A stretch of 11,327 nt of DNA, taken from assembly GCA_040902005.1 (NCBI GenBank), contig JBBDYA010000042.1:25566-36892 (forward strand). The letters run 5' to 3'. The notes below the pieces were generated by a model that was not told the origin of the DNA, did no database searches, and saw nothing but the letters and a program-made list of their open reading frames with translations. Below, one piece after another: positions 8,003 to 11,327 of this stretch (positions are counted from its first letter, which is position 1; every line of letters starts with the position of its first letter). The position numbers and the translations under genes were made by a program. The stretch comes from Gemmatimonadaceae bacterium. GTDB taxonomy: Bacteria; Gemmatimonadota; Gemmatimonadetes; Gemmatimonadales; Gemmatimonadaceae.

Positions 8003-10212
8003 TGCTGCTCCAGCAAGCGCAGGAGAACGCGACGCACGTCCTCGCCGGCACCGCGGCCGAATGGCTGTGGGTGGTGGTGCTGCTGCCGCTGTTCGGGTTC
8101 GTCATCAACGGCGTCCTGTCGCTCGCGAGCGCCACGCGCATGGGCCCAGGCGATCCTTCGGCGTCACACGCCGCACCTGGGGAGCATCCATCGCACGGCA
8201 CCGCCGACGCGGAGTATGCCTCGTCCGGCGGTGCCCATGGCGACGACCACCACGTGGTGACCAGGCATCGCTTCGCCGGCATCACGAGCGTGGTTGGACC
8301 GGCGGTGCTCGTGCTCGCGTTTCTCCTGTCCGCCGTGATCTTCTGGGACGTGGCGCAGGCGGGTCCCGTGCACGAACCGTTCGTGCAGCGCTACTTCACG
8401 TGGATGCTCACGGGTGGACTGGCGCTCGACGTGGCCCTCATGCTCGACCAGCTGGCGCTCGTGATGCTGCTCGTGGTCACCGGGGTCGGCGCGCTGATCC
8501 ATGTGTTCAGCGTCGGCTACATGCGCGAGGACCCCGGCTACCCGCGCTATTTCGCCTACCTGAATCTCTTCGTGTTCTTCATGCTCCTGCTGGTGCTGGG
8601 GGCCAACTACCTGGTGATGTTCGTCGGGTGGGAAGGGGTGGGCCTGTGCTCCTACCTGCTGATCGGATTCTGGTTCAGCGAAAAGGCGAACGCCGATGCG
8701 GGCAAGAAGGCCTTCATCGTCAATCGCATTGGTGACTTCGGGTTCCTGATCGCCCTGCTGCTGCTCTTTGCCAATCTCGGCACGCTGGACTTCCGCCAGC
8801 TGGAGGCGGCCGCGCCCACCCTCGCGTTCGGCGGGGCGCTCGTGACGGCGATTTGCCTGTTCCTCTTTCTCGGGTGCACGGGGAAGAGCGCGCAGATTCC
8901 GCTGTACGTGTGGCTGCCAGACGCCATGGCTGGCCCCACCCCCGTGTCCGCGCTCATCCATGCGGCGACCATGGTCACCGCCGGCGTCTACCTCATTGCG
9001 CGCAGCCACTTCCTCTTCGCGCTGGCGCCGGTGGCCTCGCTCACGGTGGTCGTGATCGGCGCGCTGACCGCGGTGTTCGCGGCGACGATCGGCCTGAAGC
9101 AGTGGGACATCAAGAAGGTGCTCGCGTACTCCACGGTATCGCAGCTCGGCTACATGTTCGTGGCGGTGGGCGCGGGCGCGTACGTCGCGGGCGTCTTTCA
9201 CCTGGTGACGCACGCCTTCTTCAAGGCGCTGCTGTTCCTGGGGTCAGGGTCGGTGATCTACGCCATGCACCGCGCCTATCACGCCACCCACAACCACGAC
9301 GATGCGCAGGACATGCGCAACATGGGTGGCATGCGAAAGTTCATGCCGTGGACGTGGGCACTGATGTGGATCGCGACGCTCGCAATCGCCGGCGTGCCGC
9401 CGTTCTCGGGTTTCTTCTCGAAGGACGAGATCCTGACCTCGGTGTTCATCCGCGCGCGCGAGTCCGTGCTGGCCGACGCGTCGTGGCTTGGCATTCCCGG
9501 CCACGTCGTGCTGTACGCGTGCTACGCCCTGGGCCTGGCGGCCGCCTTCATGACGGCCATCTACATGACGCGCATGATGCTCTACACCTTCCACGGGCCC
9601 AATCGCACGGGAGAGCGCGAACGCGAGCACCTGCGTGAGGCGCCGTGGGTCATGACCGCGCCGCTGCTGTTGCTGGGGCTCCTCGCCGCTGTCGGCGGCT
9701 GGCTGAACCTGCCGGCCATCATGCCGGCCGGTCCGGTCCTGCTGCTGGAGCACTGGCTGGAGCCGGTCGTCGGCGCGTCGGCCCTGCGCATCACCAAGGG
9801 CACGGTGCCGCACCTCTCGCATGCGATGGAGTACGCGCTCATCGGCACCGCGGTGGGTATCGCGGCCCTGGGCATCTGGATCGCCTGGTCGCGCCTGAAG
9901 CCCGCGGCGCTCGTGCCCAAATCCCAATCCACGCCGGAGGAGGGCTTCGAGCGCGTGCTCGTCAACAAGTACTACGTGGACGAGGCGTACGAGAAGGTCG
10001 TCGTGGGACCCACGTACGCCACGTCCAGGAACCTGCTGTGGCGCGGGATCGATGTCGGGCTGATCGACGGCGTGCTGGTCAACGGCAGCGGGTGGTTCGC
10101 GCGCGGCATGGGCTGGGTAGGATCCGCGCTGCAGTCGGGACAGACGGGCACGTATGCGTGGGTGCTGGTGCTGGGGGTGTTGGCGGTGGTGGGCGCGGTC
10201 ACGCTTCGCTGA
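8002..10212 (+). CDS. nuoL: NADH-quinone oxidoreductase subunit L (ND5/MrpA-like antiporter subunit), 736 aa
   Basis: 'GWEGVGLCSYLLIGFW', 'AFIVNRIGD', 'GKSAQIPLYVWLPDAMAGPTPVSALIHAATMV', 'DIKKVLAYSTVSQLGYM', 'HLVTHAFFKALLF', 'GFFSKDEI' and lateral helix 'NKYYVDEAY...IDG..VNG...QSG'. TGATG overlap with nuoK. Confidence 0.98.
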   Translation: MLLQQAQENATHVLAGTAAEWLWVVVLLPLFGFVINGVLSLASATRMGPGDPSASHAAPGEHPSHGTADAEYASSGGAHGDDHHVVTRHRFAGITSVVGPAVLVLAFLLSAVIFWDVAQAGPVHEPFVQRYFTWMLTGGLALDVALMLDQLALVMLLVVTGVGALIHVFSVGYMREDPGYPRYFAYLNLFVFFMLLLVLGANYLVMFVGWEGVGLCSYLLIGFWFSEKANADAGKKAFIVNRIGDFGFLIALLLLFANLGTLDFRQLEAAAPTLAFGGALVTAICLFLFLGCTGKSAQIPLYVWLPDAMAGPTPVSALIHAATMVTAGVYLIARSHFLFALAPVASLTVVVIGALTAVFAATIGLKQWDIKKVLAYSTVSQLGYMFVAVGAGAYVAGVFHLVTHAFFKALLFLGSGSVIYAMHRAYHATHNHDDAQDMRNMGGMRKFMPWTWALMWIATLAIAGVPPFSGFFSKDEILTSVFIRARESVLADASWLGIPGHVVLYACYALGLAAAFMTAIYMTRMMLYTFHGPNRTGEREREHLREAPWVMTAPLLLLGLLAAVGGWLNLPAIMPAGPVLLLEHWLEPVVGASALRITKGTVPHLSHAMEYALIGTAVGIAALGIWIAWSRLKPAALVPKSQSTPEEGFERVLVNKYYVDEAYEKVVVGPTYATSRNLLWRGIDVGLIDGVLVNGSGWFARGMGWVGSALQSGQTGTYAWVLVLGVLAVVGAVTLR

Positions 10213-10215
10213 GCT

Positions 10216-11327
10216 ATGCACGATTTCCTGGATTCCATCGGATACATGAGCTGGGTGCTGCCGGCGCTGCTCGCCATTCCCGTGGCGGGCGCGATGGCGA
10301 TCTGGCTGGCGCCAACGCCGGTGCGCCGCGGACTCGCGGCCGGCACGGACGAGATCGCGGCGGGCGTCGCGGGCGGGCCGCGCTGGATCGCCTTCGCGAC
10401 GCTGCTCGTCGAGTTCATCGTGTCGCTCGGACTCTGGTGGTCGTTCAATCCGGCCGGCCCGCAGTTCCAGGCCACTGTCGATCAGCCGTGGATCCCCATG
10501 TGGGGCATTCGCTTCATGATCGGCATCGACGGCATCGCCATGATGATGATCCTGCTCACGACCTTCATCATGGTGTTGTCCGTGCTGGGAAGCTGGACGA
10601 GCATCCGCGTCCGCACGCACGGCTACTACTCCCTGCTGCTGGTGCTGACGAGCGGCATGCTGGGCGTCTTCATGTCGCTGGACCTGTTCCTGTTCTACGT
10701 GATGTGGGAGGTCATGCTCGTGCCGATGTATTTCATCATCGGCATCTGGGGCGGCGAACGCCGCATCTACGCGAGCGTGAAGTTCTTCATCTACACGATG
10801 ATCGGCTCGCTGCTGATGCTCGTGGCCATTGTCTACCTCGGCATCGCGGCGGCGGACCCGAACGGCATTCCGAACTTCTCCTATATCGCCATCCTCGAGC
10901 GGGCGTACGTCACGACCGCGCAGGCCCTGTGGCTTTTTGGCGCGTTCTTCCTCGCGTTCGCCGTCAAGGTGCCGATGTTCCCGTTTCACACGTGGTTGCC
11001 GGACGCACACGTGGAAGCGCCCACGGCGGGATCGGTGATCCTGGCCGGCATCATGTTGAAGCTCGGCACATACGGATTCATCCGGCTGGCGGTGCCGATC
11101 TTTCCGGAAGCCGCGCTACACCCGGAGGTCCGCGCCATCATCCTCGGCCTGGCGGTCGTGGGCATTTTGTACGGCGCGCTGGTGTCGCTCGTGCAGCCGG
11201 ATTTCAAGAAGCTCGTCGCGTACTCGTCCGTGAGCCACCTGGGCTTCGTCATGCTCGGCATCTTCGCCCTGACGGTCGAGAGCGTGCAGGGCGCGCTGAT
11301 GGTGATGATCAACCACGGCATCTCCAC
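10216..11327 (+). CDS. nuoM: NADH-quinone oxidoreductase subunit M (ND4-like), 3'-partial (370 codons visible)
   Basis: Not in the ORF track because there is no stop in the window. Manual translation from ATG10216 gives MHDFLDSIGYMSWVLP..'GIDGI'..'DLFLFYVMWEVMLVPMYFIIGIWG'..'AVKVPMFPFHTWLPDAHVEAPTAGSVILAGIMLKLGTYG'..'KKLVAYSSVSHLGFV'..'NHGIS'. Confidence 0.97.
   Translation, partial: MHDFLDSIGYMSWVLPALLAIPVAGAMAIWLAPTPVRRGLAAGTDEIAAGVAGGPRWIAFATLLVEFIVSLGLWWSFNPAGPQFQATVDQPWIPMWGIRFMIGIDGIAMMMILLTTFIMVLSVLGSWTSIRVRTHGYYSLLLVLTSGMLGVFMSLDLFLFYVMWEVMLVPMYFIIGIWGGERRIYASVKFFIYTMIGSLLMLVAIVYLGIAAADPNGIPNFSYIAILERAYVTTAQALWLFGAFFLAFAVKVPMFPFHTWLPDAHVEAPTAGSVILAGIMLKLGTYGFIRLAVPIFPEAALHPEVRAIILGLAVVGILYGALVSLVQPDFKKLVAYSSVSHLGFVMLGIFALTVESVQGALMVMINHGIS

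Noticed and set aside
9964..10140. Possible '2M' complex I (extra NuoM with a lengthened NuoL lateral helix)
   Set aside because: The span from NKYYVDEAY to QSG is about 59 aa with a single 'D...IDG..VNG' unit, which looks like standard length with no extra helical repeat. The downstream genes are outside the window, so a second nuoM is not formally excluded.
10210..10218. nuoL and nuoM are also in frame (TGA-GCT-ATG), suggesting read-through or selenocysteine
   Set aside because: Both proteins are complete on their own, I see no SECIS-like hairpin or Cys-equivalent position, and an in-frame junction is expected by chance one time in three.
4012..11010. Long minus-strand ORFs (4012-5409, 5142-6272, 7054-8037, 8164-9213, 9244-11010)
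   Set aside because: These are antisense shadows of the nuo genes. Their His/Gln/Glu/Arg-rich composition mirrors GTG/CTG/CTC/GCG codons on the sense strand, and there is no independent evidence for them.

Overview
This GC-rich (roughly two-thirds G+C by eye), fully coding window is the middle of a canonical bacterial respiratory complex I (NADH:quinone oxidoreductase, NDH-1) operon on the + strand. The order is nuoC (5'-partial), nuoD, E, F, G, H, I, J, K, L and nuoM (3'-partial). Only 6 nt are intergenic, and most genes are joined by overlapping stop/start codons. Several ORF-track starts need correcting: nuoF is 2495, nuoH 5388 and nuoI 6674, and nuoM (10216 to the window end) is missing from the track. 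All Fe-S, FMN/NADH and antiporter-subunit motifs look intact. I see no mobile element, RNA gene, CRISPR array or inserted accessory gene, so I cannot support a new standalone system here. The points of interest are lineage-specific modifications: three substitutions around cluster N2 and the quinone site in NuoD, a compact 528-aa NuoG that keeps cluster N7, two His-rich insertions in NuoL, terminal extensions on NuoC, NuoD and NuoH, and an in-frame nuoC-TAG-nuoD junction. A 32-nt poly-C run at the window start is probably an artefact. The sequence style resembles Gemmatimonadota, which is an inference from memory and not verified.
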